DNA of 64,000 nucleotides, from positions 90,398,001-90,462,000 of the forward strand of contig NC_087436.1 of assembly GCF_036321535.1 (NCBI RefSeq). The letters are read 5' to 3'. The translations under genes and the position numbers were made by a program. The DNA comes from Camelus dromedarius (taxonomy: Eukaryota). Below, in pieces: positions 43,753-55,439 of this stretch (position 1 is the stretch's first letter; every line of letters begins with the position of its first letter). The notes beneath the pieces are model-generated. The model did no database searches and was not told the origin of the DNA. It saw only the letters and a list, made by a program, of their open reading frames with translations.

Positions 43753-43870
43753 AACAGACTCATCTATAAGTTTCACACACTATTTTATGATTTGTAGTCA
43801 AAGTAAGACCAAATGATTTGAGTTAGATATGGAAAAAATAAATGTTCTTTTCTTAGCCTTGACATTTATA
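43753..43870 (-). pseudogene. CNGK-like exon remnant, pore helix of repeat 3
   Basis: HLFFPYLTQIIWSYF (cf. 'Y..slYWs'), with a gtaagt donor. The 5' boundary is uncertain. Confidence 0.45.
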
Positions 43871-44419
43871 TTAAATATAAGAAACCTTTATATAACTTAG
43901 AAAGTATCAATGATTCCCACCATTATATATACATGACACTTTTGGCTAAGATTAACTATCCCCATTTCCTACTCAAAGATCTTACATTAAGAGGAAAACA
44001 TTACATTAATTAAGGTTTGTAATAAATACATCTATCAGAATAAATGAATGGAAATTTTCAAACAGGTAACATTAAGAGAAAATTAAGGAAAACTATTTCT
44101 TTTTTTCATTTGACTTAGGACAACACTCTTATTAAGTAATCTAATTACTTTTATTCTGGCACTTACAGGCAGATACAAATCTTTACCCAGAAAATTAATG
44201 AAACACAAAAACATAGTGCTTTATCTAAGCTCTTTTTTCTCTCTTAAGTGAAAAAAATAAACTAGAGCAGTCTTAATCAATATCAAAAGGATTAAATTTC
44301 TATAAATAATTTAAATATATTCTATAATACATAATTTTTAAATATTTTAACTTACTCTTATTTCTGTTCTAATTTAATTTGACAACTGAAACAAATAAAA
44401 AATTAATTTTATGAATAAT

Positions 44420-45300
44420 CCTAGAAAAACAATATTACATATGAAATATCTGCCCTGATATACAATTTTTACTTTCATACTTCTGGAATAATGTGAAGGA
44501 AATACCTGTCTAAAGTAGTCAGTGAGAATTTTTATAACTTACATTCTTTGTTGCATAATTTAAAGGTTTGGAGGGATGTCTGAATGACAGTAAATGGGCT
44601 CTCTATATCTCCATCTAAAAGGTAACATTCCAACTGAAAATTAAATGCTATTACCTCTAGTCATAAAATATTCACATTTAAAACTTAATTGGCTCTAATT
44701 TGTAGAGTAGGCATTCTCAACAGATTTTGTTCAGAGACAAAATTACAAATAATAGAATTTTTGTGAACACAATGTAAGGGCTTCAACATCAAAAACACTA
44801 AACAAGTCAGTGATATTTGCATTGAAATAATTATTTTCCAGTATGTTTCATGGTATCTATAAACAGTGACAACACTTTCTTTGTTCATCTGGCCATCCTT
44901 CAACCCTGTCACTAAGGCTTGAGATTTTAGCTCTGATCCCTTTTTATTATATCCCAGGGAAAAAGTTTCTAAATTCATTTTTAAACTCCTGTCTCTTAAT
45001 ATTAGTAAGGTATATCCAATCTAGACAAATCCTTGGCAGACATCTCTGTAGCATTACACAGTTATTTGAGACAAAAATACATTTTGAATACTCATTAATA
45101 TTTGGCATCTGTGAAAGATTTCAGTACATCATTATCTAGGCTACAGTGCCTAAAATTGTTGCATGACGACCACCAATGATCAGCAAACACTGAGGACCCA
45201 TCAGTGGTAACTTATAATACTATTCCTTTTACACTTTCTACAGATATGATTCCTATCTTTAAACGTTATCTTAGACTACATAACAAAGGATATTATCTTT
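44420..45300 (-). pseudogene. CNGK-like exon, CNBD2 plus S1-S5 of repeat 3
   Basis: VKGIVL*VTTDGSSVFA...SAKDLSRLDIPY (CNBD). ORF 44685-44978 gives YWKIIISMQISLTCLVFLML (S1). Downstream are FNFQLECYLL, LQTFKLCNKECKL and LYIRADISYVILFF. Confidence 0.65.
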
Positions 45301-45639
45301 CCTATACTTTTTATTACCTTAAAAGTTATGTCCAAAGTGTTTATGGATGTTAGTCTATGATTACTTTTTCTAATATTTATATAATTTGAAGTGTTTCACA
45401 CAATTTTCTAATATTAAATGTCTATAACCTTCGTCTATCACTGTTTTCTTCAATTGTTCAACACTTAAAAAATTAGACCTGCATTAATATTAGAGAAGAT
45501 TTGTTTGGTTTTAAGCTTAGTATATAACTCATAACTTAGGTCTCTTGTCTTTTTCAGATTGTACAATTAACCTATCATTACATAATTTTATATGTATATA
45601 ATATATTCATACATACTGATGACATATACATATATACTG

Positions 45640-46260
45640 GTGATATGTACACATATATATAAAGATTATTTGTTACAAGGATTTAACTCACATAATTATA
45701 GAGACTGAAAAGTCTCAAGATCTGCAGTTCCAAGCTGAAGATCTAGCAAAGCCCACAGTAAAATTCCAGTTAGAGTTCAAAGGCCTGAGAACCAGAAGAG
45801 CCAAAGCTGTACATGCTAGTCTGAGTCCAAGGACAGGGAAAAAAAACAACGTCCCAGCTCAAAGACAGGCAGGGAGAGTGAATTTTCTACTTTTTTCCAT
45901 CTTTTGGTTCTACTCAGGCCTTCAATGGATTGGATGAGGTCCACCCACATTGAAAGGGACAATTTGACTTACTCTAATGATTTGATGTTAATTTCACCGA
46001 CACACACCAAGAATAACATTTAACCAAATATCTGGGCACACTGGGGCCCAGTCAAGATGACACATAATATTAACCATCACACATGGATTCATGAATACTG
46101 GGAAATGATTTGACCATGTGGCCACAAACATGGAAGAGATAACACTGGAATATTGAGTTCAAGGACATCTAGGAAAGAAAAATGTAATTGAACCAACAGG
46201 AGTTGGCATAAAGTGTTAGGATCATCTCACATATTAATGTCCACCAGAGAACATCCTCTA
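45640..46260. mobile_element. MLT2 (ERVL) LTR plus adjacent ERVL internal fragment
   Basis: aaggcctgagaaccagaagagcc...ggattggatgaggtccacccacattg...taaccatcaca. Confidence 0.8.
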
Positions 46261-46549
46261 TAGAAAAAATATGATCAGAAACTCCAACACAACTGAAAAT
46301 TATTATAAGAAGAGAAACTTCTTAAGGTAGTATAAAAGGCAGTATGAGGTATCTTGGAAATCAACAACTTTTGTTTATATAAACTGTGGGTAGAAGACAG
46401 CAAAAGAAAACTCCAGTGAAAATAGCAAGAGAAGTTAAAATATCTAGGGATAAAATCAAAAAGAAATGTGTTATGTTTTTAAAAGTAACACTTACAAAAC
46501 CTCATAAAGGACTGAGTAATTGAACAAATTGGAAAGTTACTGCATTGGG

Positions 46550-48300
46550 TGGGGGTTACGATTTAGGCAATTATTGGTACCAATTGCTTAGTTTTCATTG
46601 CATTCCTATCCGTGCCATGGCCTTATCATAAATGTAAGGTTCTTCTCCACTCCTTCGACATTGTTATTGGCCTGGTGATTTACTTTGACCACTTATCTCT
46701 CTTCCCCTCGACGAACACTATGATAGGAACATAATCTGGCTAGACACCAGTTCAAGGAGAGTGAGCTTTCTCTTCTTTTAGACGGTCAACAGGCCTCCTA
46801 AAAAAATGTAAGTCCCAATGTAGCATAATATTATCAGAGTATTAATAATTAAGTCCAACAAGAAAGTCATGGTTCAAAAAAAAATTGTGAATGTAGCTTT
46901 TGGCACAGAACTGGTTATCCTCAGACACACAAAACCTTACAAAGTTTCAGAGAGGATTTTATAAGCAAAACACCTTCAATCTAGAACCCAAAACAAACAA
47001 AAATGCCTGACTCTGGGCCCCAAATGTTCAACTAGAAGGAAGTAGGCTGAGGATGTTGGCAGTCACCAACATACACACTGGTGCTTTAACAAATATGGAT
47101 CTGGGAAACAATCCTAGGGATTAGAATTGAATGCCTAAACAAGTAATACCTACAGTCCAAGAGTTTGTGTACCTGGTAACATTTGCCTAGTGTTTCAAAA
47201 TCAATATACAGTAGTGACAGCTTTTCAAAATGAGAATGTCTTCGTTTTCAAAATGAGAATGTGTATTGTGTGTGTACTCTTTCCCTGGACAGCATTTTAT
47301 ATAGGGTATGTGCAGTATAGGTGATTATTTTTTTAGTTCATAGGTCTGTGGGACAAGAGAATTGGATGTAACCTGTCATGAATCAGAATATCTTAGATTT
47401 AAAATCTGATGTCATTATTGTATAAGACATATGGTGGTCCTGGGATGGAGATGAGTATGTTTTACATGCAGGAATGACAGGAGTAATTGAAACCAAGAGG
47501 TAAACTGTGGTATACTGAATGTTTTTTATCCAATATCCAATTATTCCTGCATTCACACCGTGGCCTCAAAATGATCATAGTGTACTTCCATACCCCTTGA
47601 CTTTTACTTGACTATGACTTGGTTTTGCCAACATCATGTATGTGGAAGTGACAGTATGCTAGTTTCAAAGCTAGAAATTAAGTAATCTTATATGTTTCTA
47701 CTTGCTTTATTGTACTTCATGCCACCTTCCATGAATGTAACATATCAAGGTGTAGTGGTCTATTCAGGCTTCTACAACAGAATGCCATAGGCCAGGTGGC
47801 TTATAAACAACAGAAATTTATATCTCACAGTTATGGAGGGTGGAAAATTCAAGATTAAACCACTAGCAGATTCAGCATCTAGTAAAAGCCTGCATCCTAG
47901 ATGGCCATCTATCTGTACCAGCAGGAGGTGGAAGGGGTGAATGAAATTTCTGGGCCTTTTTTATAAGAGCACTAATCTCATTCATGAGGGTTCCACATTC
48001 CCAGCCTAATCACCTCCTAATAGCATCCCGTGGGGATTAGGATTTCAACATCTGAATTTCGGAGGGACAGAAACACTCACATTACAGCACCTGGCAAGGA
48101 CTGTTATCTAAGGAGAATGAGAAGAGCTGCCCCAAGCATCCCATAGTTGATTTCAGTGACAAGTGTAATACCACACAAGACAAGCTGTCTGAAATCACAG
48201 AACAAGTACCCTACACATTCATGAGACTACATGAATTTTCTTTTAAACAACTGAGAGTACAGGAGAATTGTCATATAGCATTTTCATGGCAGTCTTTCAG
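46550..48300. mobile_element. Nested MaLR (MLT1) LTR/internal fragments with a younger antisense MaLR LTR at ~47751-48089
   Basis: ggtggcttataaacaacagaaatttatatctcacagtt...ggattaggatttcaacatctgaattt within older MLT1 pieces. Confidence 0.7.
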
Positions 48301-48329
48301 ACAATTAGACAGAAAGCCAAAGAGTCAGG

Positions 48330-49480
48330 TCTTCCTTATTTATTTTCCAAAATGAATGTGGTCCTAAAAAAATACCAACTTTTAAAAGATGGAGTTAGGC
48401 AAACACACATTCATATGGGAAAAAAATGAGCAAGCAACTATCTTAGGGAGTTCTTCAAAAGAAGAGCAAAACAGGTAGACTAGCCAATAATATATCCAAG
48501 TGTAGTTAAGCCAACAATTAAAAGTGTGTAATTACCACCCAAATGGGAAATAGATCAATAGAATAACATAAAAATAGAGATGAATGAAAATATTTTAAAA
48601 ATTAGGATACAATTAAGACAGTATCGCAAATCACTGGAATAATTTTTTAAAAAGAAGGACAACAGCTGAAACAGTAGCTCAAATGACCTCTCTGAACACA
48701 CCATGAGACCTATAAATATGATGTATTTTTAATAAGCTGCAGTCTGTTTAATATCGCACCCACTTGCTTGTTCTCCCTCCTTTCCTTCCCCACTCCCCTT
48801 TGTCCTCCACTTCCCTGAAGCTATACCCTTCCTCTTAATTAAGTGCTAGCACATTATATTTTTGTCTCAGGTTCTATTTTCTAGGCAATCAAGGTTAAGA
48901 TATAAGAAAATTTGCCCTTTTAGCAGTATACATAGGAAATATTTTGCCTTTTAAAAATAATTCTAGCATGCAAATATTTTAAATTTTTTATACTATCAAT
49001 TTATCATGGGAAAGAAGCTTTATTCAAAAAATATTATTTGGAATAGATATTTTGTTGTATCAAATGTCATCTTGAACAACTATGAATAAATATTGTGGTT
49101 TCTGTCCTTTGACATACTTAAGTGGGTTAAACTTAATTGATTTTCTAATACTGAAACATATTTCCAGTACTATAATGAGCTCATCTTGGTTGTGATGTGT
49201 TATTCTTTTAATACCTCTATGGGTTGTACTTGCTAATATTTTATTTTAGGAGTTTGGTACTGTTTATTCATATTAGAAATTATTTTTGCATATTTGTCAG
49301 TTTTTGTTATTAACGATACCAAGAATTTACATAAAAATAATTTAAAGCTTTCCTTCCTTCTCTATTCTCAGTAAGAATTTGTATAGAAATGCAATTATGA
49401 GTTTCTTGAGGTTTTGATAGAATTCAATTATGCAAACATGTAAGTCTGGTACTTTTTGGGTAGAGCTTCCTTGATTCCAT
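48330..49480. mobile_element. Old L1 fragments (sense 48.3-48.65 kb, antisense 49.0-49.48 kb) with an LTR scrap between
   Basis: tagatcaatagaataac; cttgctaatattttattttaggagtttgg; gttttgatagaattcaattatgcaaac. Confidence 0.6.
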
Positions 49481-50100
49481 CATTAAATGCTGTGTTGAAA
49501 TGTTTTAGTCGTTTATCACAATTGGCAAGTTTTGATCTCTATGCGTTGAATATTGCTTTTCTCAGCATCTATTTTCTATTTCCCTTCATCTACTTCTTGT
49601 CTGAGAAAAGCCAAACATGCCACTGACTTTTTGAAAAGCCCTTCAATAATAAATACATGGTCAACATTGAGGGGAGGAGATAATAATTAAACACCCTCTC
49701 TTGGGACAAGGAGTTGTACAAGCACCCCTCACTCAGCCCCTAATATTCTTCTCTTTTTCAAGAATGCACAGGCTGTGAGCAGAACCACTTGACTGAAGAA
49801 CAAATGCCATCTGCTTGACTTCTGGGTACGGCTCTTTATTGATTTCACACTTGGGAAGGTAAAATGGGTAAGTTTTTTGCCTATCTCTCAAACTCTAGTA
49901 ATTTGATACTTCAGTTTGCACTTAGATAAAAGCGAACTTACTTCAGTATTTGTAATTATACACCATTCAGGCTTACATAATTGAGGGGGAGACGTCCTGC
50001 ATTGAGGTTTGCCACCAAAGTAATGGCCAGTAATTGTCTTCTTCAGCTGGCTTTGACCTTTTATAACTGTGCACATATTTTCTTTTTTCACAAGGAGGGA
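49480..50100 (-). pseudogene. CNGK-like exon, CNBD1 second half plus S1-S2 of repeat 2
   Basis: ORF 49888-50091 contains TITGHYFGGKPQCRT...IITNTEVSSLLSK (phosphate-binding cassette 'G.yFGE..RT' remnant). The same frame continues SRWHLFFSQVVLLTAC (S1) and VDHVFIIEGLFKKSVA (S2). Ends against an antisense L1 fragment. Confidence 0.65.
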
Positions 50101-50198
50101 TGATTGGCTAAGAGCAGGATTAGGGTATTTGGTGGTCTCCTAGCCAGATACCATAGTAATGCGAACTCATTCTCAGCATATTTCTAATTTTGCATTAC

Positions 50199-50304
50199 CT
50201 TGTTACTAAGCTTTCTTACATAGTAAATCATTCTACTCTTTCCACAATGCAAAGTTTGCCACTGCGAGTGAAGATCTCCTATTTTCCCCTTTTTGGTCAA
50301 TATC
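50199..50304 (-). pseudogene. CNGK-like exon, CNBD1 beta-roll first half
   Basis: tacag acceptor, aag|gtaatg donor. ILTKKGKIGD plus frameshifted FTRSGKLCIV (cf. 'IckKGDiG.eMy.I..GkL.vv'). Confidence 0.65.
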
Positions 50305-50414
50305 CTGTAGCTTTAGACTAGATATGATCCATCAATTCCTTAAATTCTTTAAGGTCCTCAAGACAAGTATATAGTTTACATTTTTGTCATTTGTTTTGTT
50401 CTAAGATATATAAA

Positions 50415-50740
50415 AGCGATGAGGAAGACAAAACTGCCATGAAAGTGAAAACAACATATTTACAATGAACTACAAGTTGAAATGAGGGGGAAGGTATAGC
50501 TCATGTGGTAGAGCACATGCTTAGCATGCACTAGGTCCTGGGTTCAATCCCCAGTACCTCCTCTAAAAATAAATAAGCCTAATTGCCTCCCTCCAGAATA
50601 ATAATAGTAGTAATCTGTAAATAAGTAAACCTAATTACCTTCCCCCCCCCCAAAAAAAACAACCAAACATACAAGTTGAAATGAAACTCTTCCACATTTC
50701 TTAGGAACAACTAGATGCATATTTTTTTAAGAATCCTTCA
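50415..50740 (-). pseudogene. CNGK-like exon remnant, start of CNBD1, split by a SINE
   Basis: Removing the SINE and one TSD copy gives LFLRNVEEFHFNL*FIVNMLFSLSWQFCLP (cf. 'LF....F...l...l....f.PG'). Confidence 0.5.
50486..50669 (+). mobile_element. tRNA-derived SINE (camelid Vic-1-like)
   Basis: gggggaaggtatagctcatgtggtagagcacatgcttagcatgcac..ggttcaatcccc. Perfect 15-bp TSD tacaagttgaaatga at 50471-50485 and 50670-50684. Confidence 0.92.
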
Positions 50741-50870
50741 ACTGGGCAAAACCAATTCTATCACTAGAACTCAGACAGACATTTACTTACAATGAGAAAA
50801 ATTAAACAGTTGTTTCTTTCTCCAATGAAGGGAACAAAAACTAATGAGGTATAAGTCGGAAATTACTTAT

Positions 50871-51130
50871 CTGGTTTAACATTTAGTAGCTGTATCTAAA
50901 CCCAGTAGTTATCACAGAGGCACCAAATTAATGTTTTTCATAATTATATATTCAAGAAGAAGGTATAATTTTCACATGATATAAAAGTATGCATATCATC
51001 TACACTGAGTTTTCATTGGCAATGGCAGGTTTTGTTTTTGCTTATATTCTTTTAAACAAAACTTCACATATTAGAAAACATTTTTATGATAGAAAAGATA
51101 TGGCTCATACTCCATCATCTGATAATCAAA
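50871..51130 (-). pseudogene. CNGK-like exon, C-linker of repeat 1
   Basis: One frame with stops: CLKEYKQKQNLPLPMKTQCR*YAYFY...LLEYIIMKNINLVPL**LLGLD, matching C-linker 'vkeYM...lP..l..rv..Yy'. The donor has decayed to ag|ataagt. Confidence 0.65.
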
Positions 51131-51174
51131 CTTTAAAAGATCAGAGAAGTTTTACATATAAAGAGAGATCTTTT

Positions 51175-53797
51175 ACTCTCGCTGCTGTTCTCATACCTTT
51201 CTCTTTTTTCCCTCCAGGGGTGGTGACAGATAAAGTGGAGGCAGAGGTAGCAACAGCCACGCTGGTGGCAAGAATGATTCCCCATCTTTGAGGTAAGACT
51301 CCATGTGAGTCTCTGCCCGTGGGAAGTCTGGGACCCCCAGCCATCCAGGACCAGCAGTTCCCACCACCAGCAGGAGGAGGAAGAGGAGAAGACTGTTCAG
51401 TGGTGCCAACCTCCATCCCATTTTCCTCTTCTTGTATCTCATTGTTGCCATAGCTGTTTACAGCAGGGCTTCCTCTGCCCCAAAATGAGGAGTTCTAGGC
51501 ACTGCCATTCAGCTACCATAGCTCCTGTGACTTCGAGGAATTCTGCCTAATTCTCCCCGCTCTACACCTCCCCACCCACAAACCAGTGCTGCAAGGACTG
51601 AAGAACTGTGGAGGCCCAGACTGCAGCACTAGTGGGGCCATATCCCAGAATCCCCGCCCTGGAAGGCTGCATGCAGACTGAAGAGTAGCACCGGGGGGCT
51701 GGGCCAGCCCCACTGATCCAGACCTACAGAGCGCAGCAAGACCACCCAGGCTGCAGAGTACGCCAGGTTGGGGGTGGTGGAAGGACGGAGCAACAAGATG
51801 GCCAGTAAAACCAAGGCCAGAGAGGTCCTGAAGGTGATGGCCCAGTGCCACTCTCTCAGCCACAGGGACGAGAATGCTATTTACTAGTAGATTCTGACTG
51901 TGGATGTAAAACTGGGCCAGGTGATTCTGTGGAATCCCCACACTATCAGACTTAGATGATAAAAATTTGAGGCCCCTAGAAGACTCAATGCTTCAGGGTT
52001 TCAATGGCATGGTGTTTGCTTATGGCCAGATGGGCACTGGCATGACCTATACCATGCAAGGGAGCCCAAGCTGTACAGGGTAACACCTTTGAGCATTTCT
52101 TCACTCATTTCTCATGCTCTTAGAACCAGCAGTACCTGGTCCAGGCCTCCTACCTGGAGATATACCAGAAGGAGATTTGAGATCTGCTCTCCAAGTAGCC
52201 CAGCAAGAGGCTAAAGCTGATAGAGAACCCTGAGGTATCCACATCAAGGACCTCTCCTCCTTTGTCACCAAGAATATCAAGGAGATTGAGTATATGATGA
52301 ATTTGTGGAACCAGACTCGGGTTATGGGCAACACATACACGAATGAAGTCAGTTCCTGCTCCCACTCCATCTTCGTCATTACCATGGATGGCACTGAGTG
52401 TGGCTATGATAGCCAGGACCACATCTATTTGGGTAAGCTCAATCTAGTGGATCTGACTAGTAGTAAGAAACAGAATAAAGCAGGTCCTTACAAAGCTGAA
52501 AAGATAGGCACACAGTTCATGCATAATGGTGATGGTGAAGGTGAAGGCAGTGGTAGAGAAGGGCCTAAGGAACCCTCCAAAATCAAATCTCTTTCTGTCT
52601 GCCCTGTCAGATCACTGCTCTGGTGGGCAACAGGAGCACCCATATCCCTTACTGGGACTCCAAGCTGACCTGGCTGCTGCAGGACTCTCTTGAGGGGAAT
52701 GATAAGACCATCATGGTGGCCTCACTGGAGCTAGCTTCTTACTGGCTCCAAGGAGACCCTCTCTCCAACCTGCACTTTGTGAACCGAGCCAAGAATATCA
52801 TGAACAAGCCCTGGGTGCACAAGGATCCCAAAGACACACAGCTGCAAGAATTCTAGGAGGAGATTACCTACCTGAAGTCTCATCTGTAGAAGAAGGGGGC
52901 GCTGGGAAAGTGGCTCTGGAAGAAGAGTAGCAGCATAAAGAAGGCCATGTCAGCCACAGTGGGATACCATGAAGGGCCAGTGATCAAGGCCTGGGAGGCA
53001 GAAGAGGAGGATAACAACCACCACCTGCCCCAGCCTATTGGAACTGGCCTTGGATAAGAACATAAAGAATTACCTGCAGATGCAGAAGTAGCGGCTAGAG
53101 GAAGAGAAGGTGACCATCCAGGATGTCTGCAGCCTGGTGAGTGAGGAGAAGCGGAAGTTGCTGGAGATGAAGGAGAAGATGCTGGAAGATCTCCAGAGCT
53201 GCTTGCATCCTAGTACAAGGCAGTGGAGAGCAAGCTGCTCCTTTGGGGCAGGAACATCATGGATCACACCAAGGAGCAGCAGAAGATTTAGAAACTAAAG
53301 AGTCAGGAGATTGCCAAGCAAAAAATGCCACGAGCAGGAAATGCAACAGGAGGTGATGATTTGAGGTGAGGAGACCAGGTAGTTCCAGGGCACCTACACA
53401 TCCCTGCAGCAGGACATCGAAGTCAAAACCAAGAAACTCAAGAAGCTCTATGCCAAACAGCAGGCAGTGAAGGCAGACATCTAGGAGAAGTATGATAAGC
53501 ATGTCCACATATAGGAGGATCTGGAAAAGGCAAAGAATGAGCAGACCTGGGAACTCAAGTTCAAGTAACTAATCATTGAGAACTTCTTCCTCCTGAGGAG
53601 AACAAGGTCGTAAACAAGCTTTTCCTGTACTGTGAGGCGGGGCAGTAGAAGGGCCATCCACTTCTGTCAGCTAGATTCAATAATAGCAAAAGCAGCAGCA
53701 GCCCATGTCTGCAGTGGGCCACAAGAGGCCTATCAGTCAGTATGCTCGGCTTGCCATGACAACGGTAGCATCCCAGGCACAGGACTGAGCACATAAT
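51175..53797 (+). pseudogene. KIF3C: Processed pseudogene of kinesin-2 motor KIF3C (5'UTR plus CDS from ATG 51798, 3'-truncated)
   Basis: Reads [41 protein letters not shown], a Gly-rich loop insert, [21 protein letters not shown], and tail ..KRPISQYARLAM...R.R.E.I. No introns across the coiled-coil/tail exons; many stops and frameshifts. The 5' boundary is approximate. Confidence 0.93.
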
Positions 53798-55410
53798 AGC
53801 TGAGGCTCAGGGGGATAGCCTGGGCTTGTCACACTGGACATGGGATGGCACAACTGTCCACCCAACCCGAGTTGCATCTCTGCTTCCAGTGCTCTGAGGG
53901 GCCCCAGAGAGAAGGTCCCGTAGAGAGGGAGAGGCAGGGCCTCATGAAGCCAGATGACTCTGCAGTCTCCTTGGGTAGAGTGCTCCCTTTGTCCACCATC
54001 GCTTAAGGCCACCTGTCCCTCAGAACCGTCTGCATTCTGAGCCTGGCCGGGAGCTAGAGCGGAGGCTGGAGGCTGGGTGGATGGGCAGTAAAAGGGAGAC
54101 GCACGGCCCCCAGCTTAGGAATCTGTCCTGAAAGTACAAATGTCAGTGACCACGACAGCTCTCAACGGACTGATCCACTGATATGCAGACTAGGAACAGA
54201 GCTCCACCTGCAATGGTTCGCGGGCTTTGTCCCCAGTGTGTTGCCGAACCTAAAGGAAACTCCGGAGTGCAAATCTATGTACAGATAAGGCGGCGAGAAG
54301 CGGGGGGGTCAATCCTTTACTGAACTCTGGGACATGTCCATCCCTGAGAAGGAGGAACCGCTGAATCTCACCCTCGTGGACGTGTCTACTGTGCAATTTG
54401 TGGATGCTGTTTTGTTGCTGCTGTTTTACAAATTTACTTTGACACCTGAGGTGAAGAAAACTGTTTTCGTTGTCGACTTCACAAAGTTCTCTCCTTTCTC
54501 ATCACAAAATTGGAAAAGACAAGTATTCAGGAGACCAAGTGAGAACACCTGCTTTTGGCTGCGGTAAGGGGGGAGGGTCCTCAGGCCTCGGCCCATGCCG
54601 ACGAGGGGCGGGGGCGGCGGGGCTAGTGAGAGCCTGGGGGGGGGGGGGCGCAGGCGCTCAAGGCGCGTGGGCCGGGCTGGTGGTGGAGCTGTTGGCGTCG
54701 CTGAGGGAGCGGGGCCGGGTCCCCGCGGGGCTGCTGCAGCAGCCGGGCAGGAGTGCGTGCGGGGGCGCGCGGGCTTCCTCAAGCGGTCCTCGCCCTTGAA
54801 GAGCTTGCCACAGGTGGGCCACATACGCTTTCGCGCGTGCGCAGTGAGGCGCTACCGCGCCAGCTCGGCGGAGGCGCGAACTTCAAGTTGCCGTGCTGCC
54901 AGCCGCAGGCGAAGGCCCTCTTGCCGTTGTGAGTTCTCAAGGCGCAAAACTTTCTCGCATCCTGCGTCGTGGCACTTGTAGTTTCTCCTCGGGGACCCCA
55001 GGTTGGCATGACTTCGGCCCTGTAGGTCCCCTCGAATGAGGCGGGGCTCGCTGTTGTCTGGGTGCCTGGGCTTCTGCTCAGGCTCCAGTTCCACCTGGGC
55101 TGAAGTTCCGGCTACACCTCGCGGGGCTGCGGGTGGGGTTGGGGGTGGGGCGGCGTCTCCGCGCCTGCGCCGCCGCTGTTGAGGAGGGGTTGCGCGGGGT
55201 GTGTGGGGAGCAGGGGGTTCCCCTTAGAGGCGCCCTCTCTGGGCTCTTCAGGGGCACGCGCCTGCGCTCGCTGGTCGTGGCCTCCGAGTACGCCTCCTCC
55301 ACGAAGAGGAAGGCGCTGGCCTTGCCTTCCTGGCCTGCCTGGGACTTGGGTAGGGTAGCGTGGCCGTCCAGAAGCTGGCCGGGCCCTTCTGACCACCCCG
55401 TGCAACAGAG
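53798..55410 (-). pseudogene. KLF13: Processed pseudogene of Krueppel-like factor 13 (CDS remnant ~55405-54658 plus presumed partial 3'UTR)
   Basis: Reads EGKASAFLFV, LEPEQKPRHPDNSEP...GRSHANLGSPRRNYKCHDAGCEKV, LRTHNGKRAFACGWQ, CGKLFKGEDRLRK, ending SLSDANSSTTSPAHAP*. The zinc fingers are degenerate, there is no intron at RTH.G, and the first ~20 codons are missing. Confidence 0.88.
54560..55400. promoter_or_regulatory. CpG island overlapping the KLF13 retrocopy
   Basis: Very GC-rich with dense CpG and GC boxes (ggggcgggg), in an otherwise AT-rich, CpG-poor window. Confidence 0.75.
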
Positions 55411-55439
55411 TGGCTGGGCAAGGATAGGAAGCAAACAGA

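Noticed and set aside
51798..53797. Functional KIF3C gene or retrogene
   Set aside because: Multiple stops, frameshifts and deletions, an altered P-loop (GQMGTGMT) and 3' truncation.
54658..55405. KLF14/KLF16 or a functional KLF retrogene
   Set aside because: The linker and C-terminal sequence match KLF13 better. The start codon region is missing and zinc-ligand residues are lost or frameshifted.
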